Below are positions 9,324 to 16,352 of a stretch of DNA of 38,909 nt, piece by piece. The notes under the pieces were generated by a model. That model was not told the origin of the DNA, did not search any database, and saw only the letters and a list, made by a program, of their open reading frames with translations. Both the position numbers and the translations under genes were made by a program. Where the stretch lies: contig JAICNA010000002.1 of NCBI GenBank assembly GCA_025928955.1, positions 1-38,909 of the forward strand, in the 5' to 3' direction. The stretch comes from Gemmatimonadales bacterium (lineage in GTDB: Bacteria > Gemmatimonadota > Gemmatimonadetes > Gemmatimonadales > GWC2-71-9). Positions within the stretch are counted from its first letter, which is position 1; each line of letters begins with the position of its first letter.

Positions 9324-10285
9324 CTCCCACCGTCATCATCCCTGCGCTCACCCAGCTCCTGCTCCCGCTCCTGCTCGTGGCGTGGGTCGCCTTCGGCCGG
9401 CATCCCTACCGCGCGCGCTGGTGGCTGATGATCGCGCTCGCGTGGACGTGGATCGCCGCGATCGGGGTGGCGGGCTTGTGGCTCGCCCTGCCGTGGTACC
9501 TCTACCTCGTGTACGCTGCGCTGCTCGCGGCGGCGATGGTGGGGACGTGGCGGCGCGAAGTCGAGCTCCCCTTCTGGCCGCGGTCGGCCCAGTCGCGCAT
9601 CGGCGCGGTGCTGCTCGCCGCCCTCGTGCTCGGTGCCGGGGTCATCGTGACGTACGCGATCGACGGGCGCCGCGCCCCGTCCGCCGGCGTCGAGGCCGCG
9701 TTCCCGCTGCGCGCGGGTACGTACCTGATCGTGAACGGCGGGAGGAACGAGCTCATCAGCGCCCATGTCGCGACGCTGCGCGACGAAGCGCGCTATCGGC
9801 CATGGAGGGGCCAGAGCTACGGCGTGGACATCGTGAAGCTCGGAACCGCCGGCTTCCGCGCGCCGGGGATCCTGCCGCAGGATCCCGCCAGGTACGCGAG
9901 CTTCGGGGATCCGGTCCATGCACCATGCAGCGGGACGGTCGTCGCCGCCGCCGACGGCGTAGCCGATCAGGCGGTGCCGCGGATGGATCGCGCGCACATG
10001 GCGGGCAATCACGTCATCCTCGACTGCAACGGCATCTGGATCGTGCTCGCGCACCTGCGTCGGGGCAGCGTCCTCGTCCGGACGGGCGCTGCGGTCGAGA
10101 GCGGGAAGATCATCGGCGAAGTGGGGAACAGCGGCAACAGTGCCGAGCCGCACCTGCACATCCACGCCCAGCGCCCCGGCACGACGGCCGAGCCGCTGGG
10201 CGGCGAGCCGCTTCCGATCCGGTTCGACGGGAGGTACCTGGTCAGGAACCAGCGCCTCTCACGCACCGATGGCCGGGACGGGTGA
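9320..10285 (+). CDS. Membrane-anchored M23 (LytM-type) peptidase-family protein with a variant first metal motif
   Basis: About four N-terminal hydrophobic helices. The C-terminal M23 fold blocks are QSYGVDIV, DPVHAPCSGTVV, AGNHVILD...IVLAHL and GEVGNSGNSAEPHLHIHA. The start ATG overlaps the ATPase stop (ATGA). Confidence 0.8.
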   Translation: MTPTVIIPALTQLLLPLLLVAWVAFGRHPYRARWWLMIALAWTWIAAIGVAGLWLALPWYLYLVYAALLAAAMVGTWRREVELPFWPRSAQSRIGAVLLAALVLGAGVIVTYAIDGRRAPSAGVEAAFPLRAGTYLIVNGGRNELISAHVATLRDEARYRPWRGQSYGVDIVKLGTAGFRAPGILPQDPARYASFGDPVHAPCSGTVVAAADGVADQAVPRMDRAHMAGNHVILDCNGIWIVLAHLRRGSVLVRTGAAVESGKIIGEVGNSGNSAEPHLHIHAQRPGTTAEPLGGEPLPIRFDGRYLVRNQRLSRTDGRDG

Positions 10286-10299
10286 CGACGAGGTCATCG

Positions 10300-11631
10300 A
10301 TGCCTTCCGACCGCGGCATCATCGCCACCGTTCGAGGCTCGGCGGTGCCCCTGGCAGGACGCCCGACCGATACCGATGCGATCCTCCGCCATGCACGAGG
10401 AAAGCGGTTCATCCTCCTCGGCGAAGCCACACACGGGACTCACGACTTCTATGCTGCCCGCGCCGAGCTCACGCGGCGGCTCGTCACCGAGCTCGGCTGC
10501 CCGGCGGTTGCCGTCGAGGCGGACTGGCCGGACGCCTACCGCGTCAACCGGTACGTCCGCGCCACGAGCGGCGACCACGATGCCACCGAAGCACTCGGCG
10601 ATTTCCGGCGGTTTCCGCAGTGGATGTGGCGCAATGCCGACGTCCTCGACTTCGTCGGGTGGCTGCGAAGCCACAACGACGAGGCACCCGAGGGCAGGCG
10701 CGTCGGCTTCTATGGGATGGATCTCTACAGCCTGCATGCGTCGATCGCCGCCGTCCTCGACTATCTCGACAAGGTGGATCCGGCCGCGGCTCGCCGCGCG
10801 CGCGATCGCTACGCCTGCTTCGAGGCCTTCGAGGGCGATCCCCAGGGATACGGCTATGCCGCGCGCTTCGGGATGACGGAGTCGTGCGAGCGCGCGGTCC
10901 TCGACCAGCTGCAGGAGATGCGGCGCGCGGCGGGCGAGCTTGCAGCACGCGACGGGCGGCAGGAACCCGACGAGCTCTTCTTCGCGCAGCAGAACGCGCG
11001 GCTCGTCACGAACGCGGAGCGATATTATCGCGCAATGTTCGGGGGGCGCTCGAGCGCATGGAACCTGCGCGACGAGCACATGGCGGAGACGCTCGAGGCA
11101 CTCGCCACGCTGCTGGCGGGCCGGGGGCGTGACGGGCCGATCGCCGTCTGGGCGCACAACTCGCACCTGGGCGATGCACGCGCCACCGAAATGGGAGCCG
11201 CCGGCGAGCTCAACGTCGGCCAGCTCATGCGCGAGCGACATGGCGACGACGTCCTGCTCATCGGCTTCACCACCTGCGACGGCACGGTGACCGCCGCCTC
11301 GGACTGGGACGGACCGGCGGAGCGCATGGCCGTCCGTCCGGGACGGAGCGACAGCTACGAAGGGCTCTTTCATGCGGCAGGAATCGGAAACTTCCTGCTC
11401 GATCTTCGCGAGCGCGCAGTCGCGCGCATGCTGCCGGAACGGCTCGAGCGCGCGATCGGGGTGATCTATCGGCCCGAGACCGAACGGCAGAGTCACTACT
11501 TCACGGCGAGGCTCGCGCGGCAGTTCGACTTCGTGCTGCACTACGACCATACGCGAGCCCTGGAGCCGATGGAGCGCTCGGCGGCATGGGATGCCGCCGA
11601 GCTCCCCGAGACCTACCCGAGCGGACTCTGA
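10300..11631 (+). CDS. Erythromycin esterase-like (Ere/ChaN superfamily) protein
   Basis: Family blocks are RFILLGEATHGTHDFY, AVEADWPDAYRVNRYV, FPQWMWRN, FYGMDLYS and VWAHNSHLGDA. No signal peptide is apparent. The alternative GTG at 10282 overlaps the M23 stop (GTGA). Confidence 0.8.
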   Translation: MPSDRGIIATVRGSAVPLAGRPTDTDAILRHARGKRFILLGEATHGTHDFYAARAELTRRLVTELGCPAVAVEADWPDAYRVNRYVRATSGDHDATEALGDFRRFPQWMWRNADVLDFVGWLRSHNDEAPEGRRVGFYGMDLYSLHASIAAVLDYLDKVDPAAARRARDRYACFEAFEGDPQGYGYAARFGMTESCERAVLDQLQEMRRAAGELAARDGRQEPDELFFAQQNARLVTNAERYYRAMFGGRSSAWNLRDEHMAETLEALATLLAGRGRDGPIAVWAHNSHLGDARATEMGAAGELNVGQLMRERHGDDVLLIGFTTCDGTVTAASDWDGPAERMAVRPGRSDSYEGLFHAAGIGNFLLDLRERAVARMLPERLERAIGVIYRPETERQSHYFTARLARQFDFVLHYDHTRALEPMERSAAWDAAELPETYPSGL

Positions 11632-12098
11632 CCGGCCAGGGCCGGGTCGTGCGCCCGCAGGTTCAGCTCGTCGTGCACCTCCCGTACGCCCCGGACCCGC
11701 CGCGTCGCGCGCAGCACGTCGGAGAGGTCCTCCGCGGGGATGTAGCCCTGCAGCGTCACGACGCCGTTCCGAACGACGACGTCGATGCCGTGCGCGTGCC
11801 CGGTGAAGTGGCCAAGGGCCGCCCGCACGCGCTCGGCGAGCTGCACGTCGGTCGGCTCGTCGTGGCCGAGCCGGGCCCGTGCCCGGGCCACCGCGCCATT
11901 GATCTGATCACGGGTCCGGATGGCGCGTCGCTGGATCTCGTCGGCGCCGGACTGCACCAGGCTTTCCGCCTTGTCGGTGACGAGGGCGCGCCGCCGTGCC
12001 CCCCGCGACGGATCGAGGAAATACATGAGTGCCGCGCCGACACCGGCAGCGGCAAGGAGGGCGCCGCTCTGGCTGGCGCCGGTGGTCCGTCGTTTCAT
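11613..12098 (-). CDS. BON domain-containing stress protein with an N-terminal membrane/YtxH-like segment
   Basis: The N-terminus is GALLAAAGVGAALMYFLDP. The BON-like C-terminus is IDVVVRNGVVTLQGYIPAEDLSDVLRATRRVRGVREVHDEL. SD GAGGAGG lies upstream. The 3' end overlaps the convergent Ere-like gene by 19 bp. Confidence 0.75.
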   Translation of the reverse strand: MKRRTTGASQSGALLAAAGVGAALMYFLDPSRGARRRALVTDKAESLVQSGADEIQRRAIRTRDQINGAVARARARLGHDEPTDVQLAERVRAALGHFTGHAHGIDVVVRNGVVTLQGYIPAEDLSDVLRATRRVRGVREVHDELNLRAHDPALAGQSPLG

Positions 12099-12269
12099 GG
12101 CTCCTCCTCGAGTATGGCTATGACCCTTGCAACGGGCGCCGGCCCGGAGTCGGGAGTGTGCCCGTCGCGAGAAGTGGTGGAGTGGTGGTCATGGGAAAAC
12201 TATTGAGCGGTCGGAGCGCGAATCGTGTGACGAACCGCACAATGTCGCATCCGCGCGTGCCGCCACCGA

Positions 12270-12992
12270 TCAGCGCGCTGCCGGGCGCTTCCTGGCGGCA
12301 GCCTGCTTCCTGGCGACCCGAGCCCTGACCAGCGGACGTTCGAGGTCCCGCAGGACATCCTTCCCGACCCACCTCGAGCCGGCATCCGCAGCCTCGGCGA
12401 GGCGGCGGGCAAGCGCGATGGCGGCAGCGTGGAGGTCCGCGCTGCGACTCCCGATCGCCCGCAGCGCCCAGCTCACGCCCTTCCGCACGAGATCGGCCTC
12501 ATCGTGTGCGCCCTTCGCAATCACCGGGAGATAACGGCGGAACTGCCGATCGCTCGCCGCCTTGTCGTGGAGCGCGATGGACGCGATCAGCGCGAACGCG
12601 GCCCGCCTGACAAGCATCTTCGACGACGGTGCCCACGCCAGCACCATCTCGCCGGCCAGCGGCGAGCGATCGAACAGGTGGAAGCACGCCGTATCGCAGT
12701 CCGCCCAGTTCTCGAACGTCGCGGCCCAGGCGTTCATCTGGCGTCGCGTAAGCCGTGCGGGGTCGCCGATCAGGGCGGCGAGGAGCCGGGCCTCGTACCA
12801 GCCGGTCTTCCAGAGGGCGAGCGCAAGGTCATGATCGATACCGATCCTCTTCCGCAGGATCAGCAGCGTGCGCATCGGTACGCCGAAGACCTTTCGCGCC
12901 ACGATCCCGTACCGTGCCATCCCGTCGCGATTGGCCCGGGTGCCGCGTCTCTCGAGCCACGCGAGCACCTCCGCTGTCGTCATCGCGGCCAT
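12270..12992 (-). CDS. DNA alkylation repair protein (AlkC/AlkD-like HEAT-repeat family)
   Basis: The sequence TAEVLAWLERRGTRANRDGMARYGI...FGVPMRTLLILRKRIG.DHDLALALWKTGWYEARLLAA...VSWALRAIG matches the characteristic layout of the DNA_alkylation family. Confidence 0.75.
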   Translation of the reverse strand: MAAMTTAEVLAWLERRGTRANRDGMARYGIVARKVFGVPMRTLLILRKRIGIDHDLALALWKTGWYEARLLAALIGDPARLTRRQMNAWAATFENWADCDTACFHLFDRSPLAGEMVLAWAPSSKMLVRRAAFALIASIALHDKAASDRQFRRYLPVIAKGAHDEADLVRKGVSWALRAIGSRSADLHAAAIALARRLAEAADAGSRWVGKDVLRDLERPLVRARVARKQAAARKRPAAR

Positions 12993-12996
12993 CGGG

Positions 12997-13449
12997 TCAA
13001 CCTGCGGCCGCCCGCTCCAGACCTGAGATCTCGATCTTCTTCATCTGGAGCATCGCATTCATGACGCGCGCGGCCTTCGCGCGGTCCGGGTCTCCCATGA
13101 GGCGGCCCAGCGCGGTCGGGATGATCTGCCATGAAAGGCCGTACCGGTCCCTGAGCCAGCCGCATGGCTCCTGCGATCCGCCGTCGGAGAGCTTCTCCCA
13201 GAGGTCGTCCACCTCCTGCTGGGACTCGCAGCTCACGAAGAGCGAGATGGCCGGGGTGAACGTGAAGTGCGGGCCGCCATTGAGCGCATGAAACGGCTGT
13301 CCCTCGAGCTCGAACGACACGCTCAAGGCCCGCCCGTCGGGGCCGGGCGTGACGGCCACGACGCGCGAATTCCGGAAGATCGAGACATAGAAATGCATCG
13401 CTTCTTCCGCCTGCCCGTCGAACCACAGAAACGGGGTGATCTTGTGCAT
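12997..13449 (-). CDS. VOC-superfamily protein, PhnB / 3-demethylubiquinone methyltransferase-like fold
   Basis: MHKITPFLWFDGQAEEAMHFYVSIF...ALNGGP.FTFTPAISLFV.CESQQEVDDLWEKLS.GG....CGWLRDRYGLSWQI is the classic signature. The alternative GTG at 13476 overlaps the upstream stop (GTGA). Confidence 0.8.
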   Translation of the reverse strand: MHKITPFLWFDGQAEEAMHFYVSIFRNSRVVAVTPGPDGRALSVSFELEGQPFHALNGGPHFTFTPAISLFVSCESQQEVDDLWEKLSDGGSQEPCGWLRDRYGLSWQIIPTALGRLMGDPDRAKAARVMNAMLQMKKIEISGLERAAAG

Positions 13450-13472
13450 CCGGTCCTCTGCGCCGTCCGGGT

Positions 13473-13961
13473 TCACGCCGCCTGCGCGGCCAGGAGTTCC
13501 TCGAGCCTGTCGTATCCCTGCGCGACGCCGCTCTCCATCGGCGACCGGAGGACCGCGTCACGGATCGCCTTCGAGTCGTAGCGGATCGTTGTGGTGAGCG
13601 TCGTCCTCCCGTCGCGCTCGGTGAGCACCGCCGTCCCCACCGCATGGCCTTCGTACCACGCCTGGTCGAAGACCTCGGTGCTCACGATCCGCTCCGGCCT
13701 CACGACGTCGAGGTACGTCCCGCGCATGCCAAGCTCCGAACCGTCGGCGTGCCGCCAGAGATAGCGATAGCTCCCGCCGATCCGGGCATCGATCTCGCAG
13801 ATCTCGAAGGTCCACCCTTCGAGCGCCCCAAGCCAGCGCCGCACCAGCGAGGGATTCGTGAGCGCTTCGTAGACGACCTCCCTCGGCGCATCGAACGTGC
13901 GCGTCATCCGGATCTCGCGCTCCGACGGCGTAGTGACCTGCAACGTTCCCGCCTTCGTCAT
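13473..13961 (-). CDS. SRPBCC / AHSA1 (activator of Hsp90 ATPase homolog 1-like) domain protein
   Basis: The pattern EREIRMTRTFDAPREVVYEALTNPSLVRRWLG...GGSYRYLWRHADGSELGMRGTYLDVVRPERIV is typical of this family. The start overlaps the ArsR stop (ATGA). Confidence 0.8.
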   Translation of the reverse strand: MTKAGTLQVTTPSEREIRMTRTFDAPREVVYEALTNPSLVRRWLGALEGWTFEICEIDARIGGSYRYLWRHADGSELGMRGTYLDVVRPERIVSTEVFDQAWYEGHAVGTAVLTERDGRTTLTTTIRYDSKAIRDAVLRSPMESGVAQGYDRLEELLAAQAA

Positions 13962-14347
13962 CGGCGACCTTCCTTTCGCGGAGGGATCTCGCGCGACCCG
14001 CTCAGCCGCTGCATCTCGGCGAGCACCGAGTCGAGCCGCTCATAGTTGGCTTCCCAGAACTGCCGGTAGTGCTCCAGCCATTCGGTCACTTCAGCGAGGG
14101 GCCGAGCTTCCAGCCGCCGCGGTCGGCGCTGCGCGTCCCGGCCTCGTGAAACCAGTCCGGCGCGCTCGAGCACCTTGAGGTGCTTCGAAATGGCGGGCTG
14201 GCTCATCGCGAACGGCTCGGCCAGCTCCGCCACCGATGCGTCCCCCTTGGCGAGGCGCGCGAGAATCGCGCGGCGCGTCGGATCCGAGAGCGCAGCGAAC
14301 GTCGCATCGAGGCGATCGGATCTCACTGAATAACCTTGAGGTTTCAT
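13958..14347 (-). CDS. ArsR/SmtB-family winged-helix transcriptional regulator
   Basis: FAALSDPTRRAILARLAKGDASVAELAEPFAMSQPAISKHLKVLERAGLVSRGRDAQRR is a canonical ArsR HTH. The common ArsR-AHSA1 gene pairing supports the call. Confidence 0.88.
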   Translation of the reverse strand: MKPQGYSVRSDRLDATFAALSDPTRRAILARLAKGDASVAELAEPFAMSQPAISKHLKVLERAGLVSRGRDAQRRPRRLEARPLAEVTEWLEHYRQFWEANYERLDSVLAEMQRLSGSREIPPRKEGRR

Positions 14348-14358
14348 AACTGAGTGGT

Positions 14359-14387
14359 AATGTACGGGTCACACCGATCGCTGTCAA
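14359..14387 (-). promoter_or_regulatory. Sigma-70-like promoter for the ArsR operon
   Basis: On the minus strand the sequence reads TTGACA, a 17-nt spacer, then TACATT. The -10 ends 11 nt before the ArsR ATG at 14347, which implies a very short or absent leader. Confidence 0.45.
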
Positions 14388-14401
14388 GCACCCCTCTGGT
14401 C

Positions 14402-15076
14402 TCAGGAGCCGGCCTCGCTCTCCTGGTGCGAATAGGCCGCAACCTGCAGCCGCGAATGCAGCGCCAGCTTGTCGAGTACGTTGTGAACGTGGCTCTTGAC
14501 GGTATGCAGCCCGATGCCGAGGCGCGCGGCAATCTCCTTGTTGCTGAGCCCTTTGCCGAGAAGCCCGACGACCTGGCGCTCCCGGCGCGTCATGGCGCCG
14601 GCGCGGCGCGCCGAGGGAGGGTGCCGCTCCGCGTGTTCTGCGACGTGGGAGAAGATCGTGGCAGTCAGCATCGAGGGGAGCACCGAGGCCCCATTCGCAA
14701 CGGCACGGATGGTCGCGTGAAACTCGGCGATCGTCGCATCCTTCATGACGAAGCCCGCCGCACCACCTTCGATGAACTCGACGACGTCCTGCGGGGCAGG
14801 AAGGAGCCCCATGACGATGACGCGCGTCGCGGGGGACGCCTTCCTGATTCCGGCGAGGAGGCGGAGGCTGTCCTGGTCGCCAAGGGCGGAGTCGAGCAGC
14901 GCAACGTGCGGCGGGGCCTCGCGCACCTGGCGAAGCACCTTTTCCCGCGGTGGCGGGGTTGCCCGCACCGAGAAGTCGGGCTGGGAAGCGAGGGCGGCGC
15001 TGATTCCCTCGCGAAGCAGCCGGTTGTCCTCGATCAGGAGGACCGATATCTGCGCAACCCGCCTGGCGCGCGTCAC
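14402..15076 (-). CDS. NarL/FixJ (LuxR-type HTH) response regulator with an atypical receiver
   Basis: The receiver reads ISVLLIEDNRLL...HVALLDSALGD...RVIVMGLL...GFVMKD. The LuxR HTH reads MTRRERQVVGLLGKGLSNKEIAARLGIGLHTVKSHVHNVLDKLALHSR. The only in-frame start near the domain boundary is the GTG at 15076, which overlaps the XRE stop (GTGA). Confidence 0.85.
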   Translation of the reverse strand: MTRARRVAQISVLLIEDNRLLREGISAALASQPDFSVRATPPPREKVLRQVREAPPHVALLDSALGDQDSLRLLAGIRKASPATRVIVMGLLPAPQDVVEFIEGGAAGFVMKDATIAEFHATIRAVANGASVLPSMLTATIFSHVAEHAERHPPSARRAGAMTRRERQVVGLLGKGLSNKEIAARLGIGLHTVKSHVHNVLDKLALHSRLQVAAYSHQESEAGS

Positions 15077-15291
15077 AGCGGATCGGCCGGAACCCACTCG
15101 AGAAGGCGCCCAGGCTGTACCTGGAAGAACTCGCACAGCGCATCGAGCGTCTCGGCATGAAGGCGGCCGAACTGGCCGTGCGCCCGGGAGAGCCGGTAGG
15201 CACTGGGATAGGGCAGGCCGGCTGCCCGGCTGAGGGCATAGGCGCTGATTCCGCGCTGGGCCATGAGTTCGAAGACCTTGAGTCGGACCAT
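15073..15291 (-). CDS. XRE-family (Cro/CI-type) helix-turn-helix protein, 72 aa
   Basis: MVRLKVFELMAQRGISAYALSRAAGLPYPSAYRLSRAHGQFGRLHAETLDALCEFFQVQPGRLLEWV has the typical short HTH_XRE layout. SD AAGGAG lies 5 nt upstream of the ATG at 15291. The longer track ORF (to 15612) has no support. Confidence 0.8.
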   Translation of the reverse strand: MVRLKVFELMAQRGISAYALSRAAGLPYPSAYRLSRAHGQFGRLHAETLDALCEFFQVQPGRLLEWVPADPL

Positions 15292-15319
15292 GATTCTCCT
15301 TCGGTTGGCCACCGCAGGA

Positions 15320-15357
15320 CATATCACCTTGCGGTATAGAGCGCTGGAGTATATGGT
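15320..15357. promoter_or_regulatory. AT-richer core of the divergent XRE / receiver intergenic region (candidate promoters or operator)
   Basis: CATATCACCTTGCGGTATAGAGCGCTGGAGTATATGG contains two GTATA repeats flanking an AGCGCT palindrome. TATACT- and TATAGA-like -10 hexamers occur on both strands. No good -35 was found by eye. Confidence 0.3.
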
Positions 15358-15478
15358 GCAGTCGGGGAGATGGGTATCGCTCGTTGGAGCGACTCGCTCA
15401 CCAGTCCCACCACTCTCATACGCTCCGCCCCATTCCGGGACCCGGCGATCCGAGTGCGCACCTCTTCCCAGGTGCCTC

Positions 15479-16108
15479 ATGATCTCCGACGCAGCAGACC
15501 CGCAGGGTCCGCCTCCGAGCCTCACAGCCGCTACGTCATTGCGCCTCGAGCGACGCCTGCTCGAGCGACCAGGGATTCCGTTCACCATCCTCCTGATCGA
15601 GGATGATCCCACCGTTCGCGCGCTCGTCCGCCGTTATCTGACCCAGGACGGGTACATGGTGGTCGAAGCGGAGGATGGCCAGGCCGGGCTCGAGATGCTG
15701 CAGGAGTACGCCGGCCGGATCGACCTGGTGCTGACGGATATCGACATGCCGAGGATCGATGGGATCACGGTCGCAGGTATTCTCGCTGCGCTGCGGCCAC
15801 TCCTCGGCGTCGTCTGCATGTCGGGCACGACGAACCGATGGGAGCCGAGGGAAGCGCTGGGCGCCCTCGATCCGCAGCGCTTCCTCGCCAAGCCGTTCAC
15901 GCCGGAGCGGCTGGCCCACGTCCTCACCGACGAGCTGGCGCGGGTACAGAAGCTGGCTGAGGCCGCGGAATCGAGTCATTGCGTCTCCCGCGAGCTCGCC
16001 GACGAGCAGCGGCTCATGTTCGCGGTCGATGTCGTGGCCTCGGGACTTCGGCTCCAGGGCCGTCATGCAACCCCGGCACGCGCGCCGCGCGAAGTGCTGC
16101 ACGCATGA
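15479..16108 (+). CDS. CheY-like single-receiver response regulator with a roughly 70-aa C-terminal extension of unknown function
   Basis: The receiver is canonical: ILLIEDDPTVRALV...IDLVLTDIDMPRIDG...VVCMSG...FLAKPF. The tail (AESSHCVSRELADEQRLMFAVDVVASGLRLQG...) has no recognisable motif. An in-frame alternative start at 15353 (GGAG 3 nt upstream) cannot be excluded. Confidence 0.8.
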   Translation: MISDAADPQGPPPSLTAATSLRLERRLLERPGIPFTILLIEDDPTVRALVRRYLTQDGYMVVEAEDGQAGLEMLQEYAGRIDLVLTDIDMPRIDGITVAGILAALRPLLGVVCMSGTTNRWEPREALGALDPQRFLAKPFTPERLAHVLTDELARVQKLAEAAESSHCVSRELADEQRLMFAVDVVASGLRLQGRHATPARAPREVLHA

Positions 16109-16332
16109 CCGGGGAGCAAGGCTACGGTGATGAAGGCGGGAGCGATCACTGGCCCGCCGACGAGGCGACCGTGACCTGCCCGCATTGTGGGGAAGCCGTC
16201 GTGATCATGCTCGACCCGGCCGGCGGCTCGCGGCAGGAGTACATCGAGGACTGCGAGGTCTGCTGCCGACCCTGGCAGGTGCAGGTCCACTATGCCGGCG
16301 GGTCGGTGGACGTGTCGGTGAACGCCGACTGA
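16105..16332 (+). CDS. CPXCG-motif cysteine-rich (zinc-ribbon-like) small protein, 75 aa
   Basis: The signature is CPHCGE...QEYIEDCEVCCRPW. The start ATG overlaps the receiver stop (ATGA). Confidence 0.8.
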   Translation: MTGEQGYGDEGGSDHWPADEATVTCPHCGEAVVIMLDPAGGSRQEYIEDCEVCCRPWQVQVHYAGGSVDVSVNAD

Positions 16333-16352
16333 TCGCAGGCGGCGATCAGTCG
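16326..16352. terminator. Bidirectional hairpin between convergent genes, embedding both stop codons
   Basis: CGACTGATCGC-AGGCG-GCGATCAGTCG forms a perfect 11-bp stem with a 5-nt loop. The left arm contains the TGA of the CPXCG gene and the right arm contains the TCA (complement of TGA) of the kinase gene. There is no U-tract. Confidence 0.4.

Noticed and set aside
14091-15239. A 382-aa minus-strand ORF and the 14354..15160 plus-strand ORF overlapping the NarL-type regulator.
   Set aside because: Both are alternative frames or strands of a gene with clear receiver and LuxR-HTH motifs, and they have no recognisable motifs of their own.
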